Below, piece by piece: positions 9,072 through 17,222 of a DNA stretch of 57,911 nt. This DNA comes from Candidatus Heimdallarchaeota archaeon. Lineage in GTDB: Archaea > Asgardarchaeota > Heimdallarchaeia > Heimdallarchaeales > JAJRWK01. Location of the stretch: positions 1-57,911 of the forward strand of contig JALTMP010000185.1 of assembly GCA_027001645.1 (NCBI GenBank). Reading direction: 5' to 3'. Position 1 is the first letter of the stretch. Every line of letters begins with the position of its first letter. A program made the position numbers and the translations under genes. Below the pieces are notes generated by a model. That model saw nothing but the letters and a program-made list of their open reading frames with translations. It did not search any database and had not been told where the DNA came from.

Positions 9072-9707
9072 CTATTTTGCCTTCTGAAGTTTGAGAACAT
9101 TGATGCGTGTTGCTAGGTCCACATATTTTCTAGCAAATTCTAGGGCTTCAATCTCTGCTTTTTCAAACTCTTTTTGGATCATGAATAATTCTGCTTCGAG
9201 TTGGGTTATGGAATCTTCGAGCATAGATTGGAGCTCTTGGTTTGAAGCCGTTTTTGGTGAGCGATGTTTTAATTCCTTAAGCTGATCCTGTTTTCGCGAG
9301 ATCTCTACTTCAAGCATCTGAATTTGCTCTTGGAGGATTGTTGTTTCATTCTCCCCTATTACTTGGGGTTGCTTTGCTCCGACTTCAAAGCTTGAAGCCC
9401 TTATTCTCTCACTGAGTTCAACTAATACATGAAAAGCATGGCTGTCTGGATTCCACCTATCAAGTGATCGTAATCTGAAAGGAAAGCCTCCTTGTCTAAC
9501 ATTAATACCATCTATCAATACCCGTGGAGATTCGTTAGGGAAATTTCTGGGAATGAGTAGTTCGACGGAATGCGGGTTTCCGCTTTTGTCTCTAATGTTT
9601 CCTCTCCAATGATCAAGTCTGTTTTGGAAGGGTGCGAACCCTGCTGTAAAATTATATATCAAGTACGCTTCCTTGCTTAGGATCTCATCGGAAACCATCA
9701 TTGTCAC
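9072..9707 (-). CDS. UEV/E2-variant (UBC- or RWD-like, Cys-less) domain fused to a C-terminal coiled coil
   Basis: HSVELLIPRNFPNESPRVLIDG...LRSLDRWNPDSHAFHVLVEL aligns by eye to the TSG101 UEV core ([24 protein letters not shown]...LPYLHEWKHPQSDLLGLIQV). The protein contains no cysteine at all. Residues from about 125 to 211 are heptad-rich (QMLEVEISRKQDQLKELK..., LEAELFMIQKEFEKAEIEALEF). Confidence 0.55.
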   Translation of the reverse strand: MTMMVSDEILSKEAYLIYNFTAGFAPFQNRLDHWRGNIRDKSGNPHSVELLIPRNFPNESPRVLIDGINVRQGGFPFRLRSLDRWNPDSHAFHVLVELSERIRASSFEVGAKQPQVIGENETTILQEQIQMLEVEISRKQDQLKELKHRSPKTASNQELQSMLEDSITQLEAELFMIQKEFEKAEIEALEFARKYVDLATRINVLKLQKAK

Positions 9708-9835
9708 CGTTTACACTTTTATTCTGAACTTCGTGCTATTTGAATGTTTTAAGATGTTCAGAAATTTCGTTCTTCCTTATTTTGCTGTTTTGTGAGTTAT
9801 AATGATTAATTAGTAGCGCTACCACATACTGTTTG

Positions 9836-10441
9836 ATGCTTGCGTCACTATTGGTCTCCCGCATCCTTGCCTTTTTGCTTTTGCTGTTTTTCTCAACCAT
9901 GATTCCTCTTGACTTGTGGATGCTTTCCGACAAAAGGCCAACCCGTGATTATGGCATTAAAAGTTCGAACAAGATCAATGTTCTTCTTAGTATTCCTTCC
10001 ATAGGTTTATGGATCATGTGGTTTGCCTTTGCATTTAATGCTAATCAGTGGATTCTTTCCGCCTTTCCCTACTTGATATGGCAAAATGGATACGCCCAAA
10101 TGATTGGACTTCTTTTTTGTACTCTTGGCGTTTTTATTGCCATTAGCGCGAGAATTGCAAGAGGAAAGTACGCACCTTCCTGGGGTTTGCATGACCAAGT
10201 TAGACTGGTCACTAGAGGCCCATACCGAATAATTCGCCATCCAAACTATCTCTTCTATTGTCTTATGTTCTTTGGGTTTCCGTTACTGTCCGGTTTTTGG
10301 CCAAGCATCCTTATGACAATTGGAATTTATGGATATGTTCAACTAATCGAAGATGAAGAAAAGCTTCTTCTCAGACACTTCGGACAAGAATATGAAGAGT
10401 ATCAAACACGTACCTGGCGTCTTATTCCACTAGTTTGGTAA
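9836..10441 (+). CDS. Isoprenylcysteine carboxyl methyltransferase / PEMT-family membrane methyltransferase
   Basis: Multiple TM helices are followed by LVTRGPYRIIRHPNYLFYCLMFFG and EDEEKLLLRHFGQEYEEYQ, the ICMT/PEMT C-terminal signature. The start is uncertain: ATG at 9836 or a later Met at 9899. Confidence 0.7.
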   Translation: MLASLLVSRILAFLLLLFFSTMIPLDLWMLSDKRPTRDYGIKSSNKINVLLSIPSIGLWIMWFAFAFNANQWILSAFPYLIWQNGYAQMIGLLFCTLGVFIAISARIARGKYAPSWGLHDQVRLVTRGPYRIIRHPNYLFYCLMFFGFPLLSGFWPSILMTIGIYGYVQLIEDEEKLLLRHFGQEYEEYQTRTWRLIPLVW

Positions 10442-10599
10442 TCTTCCTTTATCTCTAGAATTATCCATTAACACTCGATTCCTTTGAAAGCTCTGCTTGT
10501 CAATTGATGGAAATTGTTAAATCAAGGGGATATTAGTTTGGCTTAGAACTTTTGAGGGGTTTGGCATTGGAAAATAAACTAGATTTTTCTCTAGATTCA

Positions 10600-11583
10600 A
10601 TGAATCAGGTTGGCATGCTTAAGAAATGGCCAAAACTCTGGGAAAAAGCGTGTGATACTTCGCTTCCTTCGTTTTCGAAGAAATACAAGGAAATCGTTTT
10701 CTTAGGGATGGGTGGTTCGGCCATTGCCGGGGATTATGTTAAGTCTGCGTATGGGGAAGCTGGCGCTCGCTTTGTTGTTCACAAAAACTATGGATTGCCT
10801 CATGATATCTCCTCCGTTGATGAAACTCTTGTAATTGCATCTTCTTATTCTGGAAATACTGAAGAAACGCTTTCTGGCACGTTGGCCGCAATTCAACAAG
10901 GTTATGATCTCGTCGGTATGAGCACTGGGGGAAAATTAAGGGACCTCCTTTCTAAACATGATTTACCTCATCTTTCCCTTCCGACTGGCTTGGTTCCCCG
11001 CGCTTCTCTTGGAATTATGTTTCCACTCTTGGCTCGAATTGTTGAACAAGCAATTCCTACTAAATCTCAAATTAACCGATCTTTTTCGTCTACGTTGGCT
11101 GAGATATCAGAACGCGAGCCGTCTCTCTCAACTCTTGATCTGGCTGAAAAATTGGTCTCTTCTCTTCCCGTCATTCTTGGTACAGAACATACTACCCCCG
11201 TGGCACTCAGATTTAGGGCACAGTTAAATGAGAACGCCAAAAAACACGCCATGTCTTTCGAAATTCCAGAACATAACCACAACGCAATTGTTCCAATTGG
11301 AATTGACCGTGCCTATCCAACTTACTTCGTATTTCTGGTGGACCGACAACGTACTACCCCTAGAAACCTCAAACGCATAGACTTTCTGATTTCTCTTCTC
11401 TCGCGAATTGGAGAGACGTACTCCGTACTTGAGATCCCAACAGACATGAGCATTGCTCATTCATTGATTGCTCTTACTTATGAGCTTGATTTTGCGTCCA
11501 TCTACATCGCTCTGTTAAAGAAAATTGATCCAAATCCTGTTGATTCAATCGCTGAGCTGAAATCATACTTGGAAAGAGAATAA
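10600..11583 (+). CDS. Bifunctional phosphoglucose/phosphomannose isomerase (SIS domain)
   Basis: Motifs are GMGGSAIAGDY, SSYSGNTEETL and RFRAQLNENAKKHAMSFEIPEHNHN. The ORF opens at a TTG (10552); the first ATG is at 10600. Confidence 0.85.
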   Translation: MNQVGMLKKWPKLWEKACDTSLPSFSKKYKEIVFLGMGGSAIAGDYVKSAYGEAGARFVVHKNYGLPHDISSVDETLVIASSYSGNTEETLSGTLAAIQQGYDLVGMSTGGKLRDLLSKHDLPHLSLPTGLVPRASLGIMFPLLARIVEQAIPTKSQINRSFSSTLAEISEREPSLSTLDLAEKLVSSLPVILGTEHTTPVALRFRAQLNENAKKHAMSFEIPEHNHNAIVPIGIDRAYPTYFVFLVDRQRTTPRNLKRIDFLISLLSRIGETYSVLEIPTDMSIAHSLIALTYELDFASIYIALLKKIDPNPVDSIAELKSYLERE

Positions 11584-11599
11584 TTCTGAGGGGCTTTTC

Positions 11600-12547
11600 T
11601 TGGTTCGCTCAAAAATTGTTTTCTTCCTGGAACAATCCTTCCAATCCTACCCAACTATTCCTAATCCGTGGAAAGGTTATCCCATACTTCGTTATTTTAG
11701 AGGCACCATACCTACTTACATTCGGATTAATACCTTAAGAGTGAAGCCCAAGACACTCTTGAATCTAATGGGAAAACGGGGAATTACAGCTAAGCCCGTT
11801 TCTGCTGAGCTCCCTTTTGTCGCAGAAATAGAACACGGGGATAATGTAGGATACTTACCAGAGCATCTTGCCGGATATTTTTACATACAAGATTTAGCTT
11901 CTGTGTTGGCAGTTCTGGCTCTTGCCCCTTCCCCTTCTGATAAGGTTTTAGATGGCTGTGCTGCACCAGGCGGAAAAACAACTCTCATTTCTCAGCTAAT
12001 GAAGAACAGCGGGACTGTCGTCGCGAACGAGATTGACAAAAAGCGAATTGTTAGCCTTTCATCAAATGTTTCTCGCATGGGTAGCACTAATGTCATAATT
12101 ACAAATGAAGATCTCACTCAACTCCCTTCACCCTCATGGAAAGAATGCTTTGACAAAATCCTTATAGATGCACCATGTACGGGTGATGGCTTGTTGCCAA
12201 TCAGGCGAGAAAAACTCCTTCTTCTTTCGGCCAAGAAGGTCGCTGAGCATTCAAATCGTCAAAAACAACTGTTGAAAACTGCGATTGAAATGCTCAAACC
12301 AGGAGGTGTTTTGGTATATTCTACATGTTCATTCACAATTGAGCAAAACGAAGCAGTAGTCAAATGGTTTCTTGAAAATAATACCAATGTTGAATTATTA
12401 CCCGTCGATATTCCCTTTGAATCATTTGAGGGATTTGTAATATCAGATGACGATCTAAGCCACCGAATTAGTTCTAACGTGGCACGTCTTTTCCCCTTTC
12501 CTCACCGGACAATAGGCTTCTTTATCTCCAAATTCCAAAAGAAATAG
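11600..12547 (+). CDS. NOL1/NOP2/Sun-family RNA (cytosine-C5) methyltransferase
   Basis: VLDGCAAPGGKTT is the SAM motif I. ILIDAPCTGDG and VYSTCS carry the two catalytic Cys motifs. Confidence 0.85.
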   Translation: MVRSKIVFFLEQSFQSYPTIPNPWKGYPILRYFRGTIPTYIRINTLRVKPKTLLNLMGKRGITAKPVSAELPFVAEIEHGDNVGYLPEHLAGYFYIQDLASVLAVLALAPSPSDKVLDGCAAPGGKTTLISQLMKNSGTVVANEIDKKRIVSLSSNVSRMGSTNVIITNEDLTQLPSPSWKECFDKILIDAPCTGDGLLPIRREKLLLLSAKKVAEHSNRQKQLLKTAIEMLKPGGVLVYSTCSFTIEQNEAVVKWFLENNTNVELLPVDIPFESFEGFVISDDDLSHRISSNVARLFPFPHRTIGFFISKFQKK

Positions 12548-12702
12548 TCCTAAGTTTATCCGCATGCTTATCGTCCTAATTATTTTTTCCCTTTTTGAAC
12601 TAACTTCGCTCTTCTATCCTTTGATTTTCCTTCTGCCGTTTGAAAAGCTTTATCTTTTGTTGGGGTCTGCTAGTTTCCGTGGATGTCAATTCTTCCCCCA
12701 AA

Positions 12703-13428
12703 ATGGCCATACTTGTCCTTGTCCTACCTCTTCTGCTTAGTGCTTTTACTTTTTTTATCCCCGCCGCTATCGGTATCAATAATCCTGAAACGGGAACCTC
12801 TTTTGGGGGAAATCTTGAATCGATTACGGAAGGAGCTTATGTAAATTACACCCTTCGAAATGGATACTGGTTTTTTTGGGAAGTAGTAACAATTTTCCCT
12901 AATGAAACTGCATTAATTGCAAGAATCAATCAAACCTTATCTGGTCGTTCTATTTCTTTCCTAACCGTTGCTGTGGAAAACCCCGCAGTTTCTCACTTCT
13001 ACCTCTGGACTCAAGTCAATCTTCTCCAACCTGGAGATTCAGGAATTGTGATCGCAAACGGAAGTGCAGATGTTGTATCCGACGCAATTGTAACAATTAG
13101 GGAAAATGAAACAACAATCCCTCTTCAAGCTTACCGTCTAGTCGTTACCAGTGGGCCACTAAGAGGATACGTCTTGTACTATGAATCAGTAACCGGCATT
13201 CTGCTTGAGTCTTATCTTTCCTCCGAGGAAAATCTTCCTTTTATGCAGATACAGGATACTAATCTTCACCTCAGTCTTCCTACGCCCGAGGATAGTGGTC
13301 TGAGCCCCTCTGAGCTAATCGAGTTAGCAGTGAGCTTTTCATTGTTTATTGGTAGCGTTCTCATGATATATGTCTTAACCAACTATAAGATCCCCAAGAA
13401 GAGGAGAGATACGGGGAACTCAGATTGA
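12703..13428 (+). CDS. Secreted, C-terminally membrane-anchored protein of unknown function
   Basis: The N-terminal hydrophobic signal or anchor is MAILVLVLPLLLSAFTFFIPAAIG. Several N-x-S/T sequons are present. The C-terminal TM (LAVSFSLFIGSVLMIYVL) is followed by KIPKKRRD. I recognise no family. Confidence 0.5.
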   Translation: MAILVLVLPLLLSAFTFFIPAAIGINNPETGTSFGGNLESITEGAYVNYTLRNGYWFFWEVVTIFPNETALIARINQTLSGRSISFLTVAVENPAVSHFYLWTQVNLLQPGDSGIVIANGSADVVSDAIVTIRENETTIPLQAYRLVVTSGPLRGYVLYYESVTGILLESYLSSEENLPFMQIQDTNLHLSLPTPEDSGLSPSELIELAVSFSLFIGSVLMIYVLTNYKIPKKRRDTGNSD

Positions 13429-15606
13429 CTTGCTGTCTCTGATAATCGTGTCTCTAATTACCATTCTCAGTATTGCAACAAAATTATCATCCGTGGTCTT
13501 TATTCCCGAAACATTTCCTTTTCCATCATAAGAACAAATCATTGCTTCATCATCGTCCCGAATACACGCCATAAAGTCCTTTTTTCGATATTGTCTTAGA
13601 GTTATGTTCCCCCTCTGCTTCAGTCTCGATATTAGACTTGCATCTGCACTGGGGTCAAGATCTGTAACTAGCTCAATCCTAATCATCCGCTTCTTCCTTA
13701 CATGGTCAATTAAGTTTAACATCAGTTCTGGCAAAATAATTGTGCATTGTCGTTTTGTGCGAAGTATCATATCAGTAACGACTGCTTTCGCTTCATCTAT
13801 CCCCATGACTCCCCAAGTATCCACGTGCATTTCGAACTTGAACTCTTCAGCCTTTTCTGCAATTCTTCTAATTTCTCGATATTTTGCATTGAACAGGGTT
13901 AGGAATGCAAGTACTGCTTCTTCGAGTTGCTTTGTGTATTGTTGCTCTAAGCTTCCGATTTGTTTTACTGTTTCTTCGAGGGCTTGTATCATGCTACTTC
14001 TCGCGTTTTCCAGAGATGCATGTAAAATCTGATCCGAGGTTTCAATGACTGATGTTAGAATATTAGATAATTCGCTATGCTTTCCAATTATCTCTTGATT
14101 ATGCTTAAGTAGCTCTTTACTAGCCTTTTCGTTGAATTGCTTAATCAGATCAGTTATGGTGTCCTTCATTTTCTGGGCTCTAGCTTCATAGTTTTCATTT
14201 AATCGAGCAACTTCGGCATCGATCTTGTCCCTGTACTCTGTGCTCAAACTCCTAAGATCATCTAGGGTGGTTTCAATGGTTTTGGCAATCTCTTCTTTCT
14301 CAATGGAAGACTTTTCTATGAGTTTCTTTGTTTTGCTTTTTAGATCGCTTGATAGAGAAGTAGTAACTGCTTCCAGAGACTCAAGTATCTTAGTTATTTC
14401 ACGGGCTCGTTTTTCTGTTTCAATGCTGTCAATTGCAGAAAATAACTGAGTTAACGTTTTTTCGATTTGGTCTGCAAGTTCGCTGAGGCTTTTTGCAATT
14501 TCATTCTTGATCTGGTCTCCAAGAGGAGCTGCGTCCACCTTGATTCCTAATAATTCGGAATACGTCATTTCTACGCTGTTTCTTATTTTGGTTAGTTCCT
14601 TTACACCCTCAAATACGCTAAGCCCTTCCAATACTTCTTTGAGGTTCTTTTGAAGACTTTCAAGTCTCTTCTCCGTAGTAGCGTTGAATTCTCCAACGAA
14701 GTGATTAATCCTTTCATCGATGTGATCCGTTTGTTTGAAAGCAATTTCTATTTGTTGAAGGGTTTCTTTTCCTTGCACTAAAACTTCTTCAAGTTTTGTT
14801 TGGAAACGAATGAACGTCTGCTCATGTTCCTCTAGTAGCTTCCTAGTTTCAGAAACATACGTTCCAATTGTTTTTTCTATTTCTTTGATTGCCTCCTCAA
14901 AGATGTTCATGTTTTGGTCGACATATTTCTCAAATTCTCCCCTCAGTCTTTTCAGTCCAGCAGCAAGTTTTGCGGCGTATTGAGTTAACAATTGTGAAAC
15001 CAGAGTTTCTCCTTGGGCATTAAGTTGTTGAAATGTTTGAGATAGAACCTCAACATAATCAACAGCTGGTGTGAGCTTTATTAGGAGCTCTTCCAAGTCT
15101 TTGGTCATTGTTTGACTTAGCAAAATTTCTAAATCGCTCAAGGTCTGATCGATTGTTTCTTTAGCACTAACTGCAACGGTTTTAACCGGTTCGATCAAGA
15201 TCTGCTCCATCTGTCTGCTAAACTCCTTCGAACTTTTAGGGATCACATCGCCAATCAAGTCTTTTTTCTTCTGAACAAACACTTGGTGAATCGTTTCTAA
15301 CTGGCCTCTCAATCCAGTTAATGACAAGAGAAAATCCTTTTCAGCTATTATGAATTCATGTAAGAAAGGCAATGTTGCATAATACCTTGTTAATGCTCCC
15401 TTGAGTGGTTTTACCATTTTTATTGCCATCAAATCTGCGATTGCAGTGGTGACAACATCCAAATCTAGCTTGGTGAGGGTTGAAATCTCTCCAATGGTAA
15501 GCATGCCATGTCCCAATATCGCTGAATAAACGCGGATTTCAGCAGTGCTTAGCCCAATTTCTGCCAAAAAATCTAGTTCCTTCTCACTAAATGAAGAGGC
15601 CATCAA
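13420..15606 (-). CDS. TrmB-type winged-HTH protein with a long central coiled coil (roughly 450-470 aa) and a TrmB-like C-terminal domain
   Basis: The N-terminus LAEIGLSTAEIRVYSAILGHGMLTIGEISTLTKLDLDVVTTAIADLMAIKMVKPL is a TrmB HTH. The central region is continuous and heptad-rich with no Pro or Gly breaks. The C-terminal ~130 aa (WGVMGIDEAKAVVTDMILRTKRQCTIILPE...) resembles the PLD-like TrmB C-domain. Confidence 0.6.
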   Translation of the reverse strand: MMASSFSEKELDFLAEIGLSTAEIRVYSAILGHGMLTIGEISTLTKLDLDVVTTAIADLMAIKMVKPLKGALTRYYATLPFLHEFIIAEKDFLLSLTGLRGQLETIHQVFVQKKKDLIGDVIPKSSKEFSRQMEQILIEPVKTVAVSAKETIDQTLSDLEILLSQTMTKDLEELLIKLTPAVDYVEVLSQTFQQLNAQGETLVSQLLTQYAAKLAAGLKRLRGEFEKYVDQNMNIFEEAIKEIEKTIGTYVSETRKLLEEHEQTFIRFQTKLEEVLVQGKETLQQIEIAFKQTDHIDERINHFVGEFNATTEKRLESLQKNLKEVLEGLSVFEGVKELTKIRNSVEMTYSELLGIKVDAAPLGDQIKNEIAKSLSELADQIEKTLTQLFSAIDSIETEKRAREITKILESLEAVTTSLSSDLKSKTKKLIEKSSIEKEEIAKTIETTLDDLRSLSTEYRDKIDAEVARLNENYEARAQKMKDTITDLIKQFNEKASKELLKHNQEIIGKHSELSNILTSVIETSDQILHASLENARSSMIQALEETVKQIGSLEQQYTKQLEEAVLAFLTLFNAKYREIRRIAEKAEEFKFEMHVDTWGVMGIDEAKAVVTDMILRTKRQCTIILPELMLNLIDHVRKKRMIRIELVTDLDPSADASLISRLKQRGNITLRQYRKKDFMACIRDDDEAMICSYDGKGNVSGIKTTDDNFVAILRMVIRDTIIRDSKSI

Positions 15607-15700
15607 GAATTGATGTCTGAATAAGCATAAAAAATATGCCCCTCATCTTCCAACAGTTCTTATTCCTTTCTCCTATCGACTATTTTTTTAGCAAGGGAAC

Positions 15701-16675
15701 TTAGGGCTCATTTCCCACTGGTTTTCGAAATAGCGGAGTGCCCTTCATCCTGACTTGAAACCTACTTTCGATTCCCATTTCTTTTTCGAATCGATCGTAA
15801 TATTGCAAGTACAAATCTGGTCCATGAGCTTCAAAATATGATTCTATTATGGCAATCTTAGTCATTAACTCGATTGATTCATTGTTAAGTGATTCAACTA
15901 GAACTCTCGGTCTATGGTCTAGTACCATATACGCTGTGAATTCATCCAACGTTACTTCTACGAAGGACGGCTCTGGAACAGGGACGCCGAGGAGATCATA
16001 AAGTTCCCCCAATTTGCTTGCTCTTACGATATCCCACTGAGGGGTGTAATATGAGCCTAAGATTCGGAAACTCGAATCAAGAGGAATGTCTTTTGGGCTA
16101 ATAGGTTCGGATTCAAATTCTAAGTTTTCAATTTCTTCATCGTTTATTTCTGTAGAATACACAACTTTCTCTGTGATTGTTTCTGCCTTTCTAAATCCAG
16201 AATGTACGTATAATTGCTCACTTCTCCTATCTTCTGCTTCAGCATAAAGTGCATATGCGCCTTTGTTTCTCGCTATGGCAGTAGCTCCTTGGATTAATCT
16301 CTTTGCTATACCCTTTCTTCGATGTTCTGGGTGAACTACTAACCAGAGAAAATGAGCTCTGGTCTCCTTGAAAATTGGGTCATATCCTATTGATAGGTCT
16401 AGCTCTCCAATGAATTCTCCATTTTTTTCTGCAATAAGAATGATCCCATTGGTTTCTTCCATTATTTCTAGATATAAGGTTAGAGTCCTCGGATCAAGCC
16501 ACCATCCACCATGGAGCCATCTCTCATAGGGTGTTAGTTCTTCCCAGCTGGCGGGGCTGTCTGTTAGATCTCCCTCTGGAGATCCATGAAACCACTCGCC
16601 CTGATCTATGAGATTCAGTTCTAATAGTTTCTCGGTTTCTTCTTTCTGAAAGGTTCTAACTGTGTACTCTGCCAT
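15701..16675 (-). CDS. GNAT-family N-acetyltransferase with an extra C-terminal domain of about 150 aa
   Basis: LWLVVHPEHRRKGIAKRLIQGATAIARNKGAYALYAEAE...YVHSGF matches GNAT motifs A and B. The ATG at 16675 is preceded by GGAGGG. Confidence 0.75.
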   Translation of the reverse strand: MAEYTVRTFQKEETEKLLELNLIDQGEWFHGSPEGDLTDSPASWEELTPYERWLHGGWWLDPRTLTLYLEIMEETNGIILIAEKNGEFIGELDLSIGYDPIFKETRAHFLWLVVHPEHRRKGIAKRLIQGATAIARNKGAYALYAEAEDRRSEQLYVHSGFRKAETITEKVVYSTEINDEEIENLEFESEPISPKDIPLDSSFRILGSYYTPQWDIVRASKLGELYDLLGVPVPEPSFVEVTLDEFTAYMVLDHRPRVLVESLNNESIELMTKIAIIESYFEAHGPDLYLQYYDRFEKEMGIESRFQVRMKGTPLFRKPVGNEP

Positions 16676-16699
16676 TTTCCCTCCCATCTCTTGTTGTTT

Positions 16700-17089
16700 T
16701 TATTCTAAAACTTGAGTGATTTTGACTTCTATAAGCACGCATTGTTTCTGCCACTGAGCCAAAATGTCTTGAAAATCACCGTAATATGTTGGGTGGAGAG
16801 CCCATATTTTTTCAGCCATTGAAATGAATTTCTCACTTTGGGAGTTGATTATTTTTGCATCACCAAGAAGCTTGATTTCTCTTCCCTCGCTCTTAACCAC
16901 TATTATTGCTTGTGGCCTGAGCAATAAATTCTGAACTTTCTTCGAATCTACGCTTGAAATCATGAAAATTGAGTCGTCTTCAAAATAATGCCACATGGGC
17001 ACTCTCGCTTTCGTGCCATTTGGACGATACGTGGTGAGCGATATTTCTGGTGCGTTTTGAATTAGTCTTTTGAGTTTTCCATTAATCAC
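16700..17089 (-). CDS. Pyridoxamine 5'-phosphate oxidase-like (split-barrel FMN-binding) protein
   Basis: Size and pattern fit the PPOX family: ISLTTYRPNGTKARVPMWHYFEDDSIFMISSVDSKKVQNL...AIIVV. It has a GTG start. Confidence 0.5.
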   Translation of the reverse strand: MINGKLKRLIQNAPEISLTTYRPNGTKARVPMWHYFEDDSIFMISSVDSKKVQNLLLRPQAIIVVKSEGREIKLLGDAKIINSQSEKFISMAEKIWALHPTYYGDFQDILAQWQKQCVLIEVKITQVLE

Positions 17090-17154
17090 TAAGAAACGTT
17101 GAGTCGTGTTTTTTGAATAAACTATCGATATAGTAAAACATGCAAGATTTTTGT

Positions 17155-17195
17155 AGAAAAAACGGAGAAAATAAAAAGCTCGCCAAGGCGAGCTT
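17155..17195 (-). terminator. Hairpin plus T-tract terminator after the S8 protease gene
   Basis: The minus strand reads AAGCTCGCC-TT-GGCGAGCTT, a perfect 9-nt inverted repeat with an effective 8-bp stem. It is followed by TTTATTTTCTCCGTTTTTTC and begins about 28 nt after the stop codon. Confidence 0.55.
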
Positions 17196-17222
17196 AAGGA
17201 GAAAAACTACTTATCTAAGCAG

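Noticed and set aside
9736-9933. 65-aa basic ORF 28 nt upstream of the UEV gene on the same strand, possibly a small co-transcribed partner.
   Set aside because: It overlaps the 5' end of the divergent ICMT-like gene by about 100 nt if that gene starts at 9836. It has no recognisable motif. I cannot decide between the two models from sequence alone, so I do not call it as a feature.
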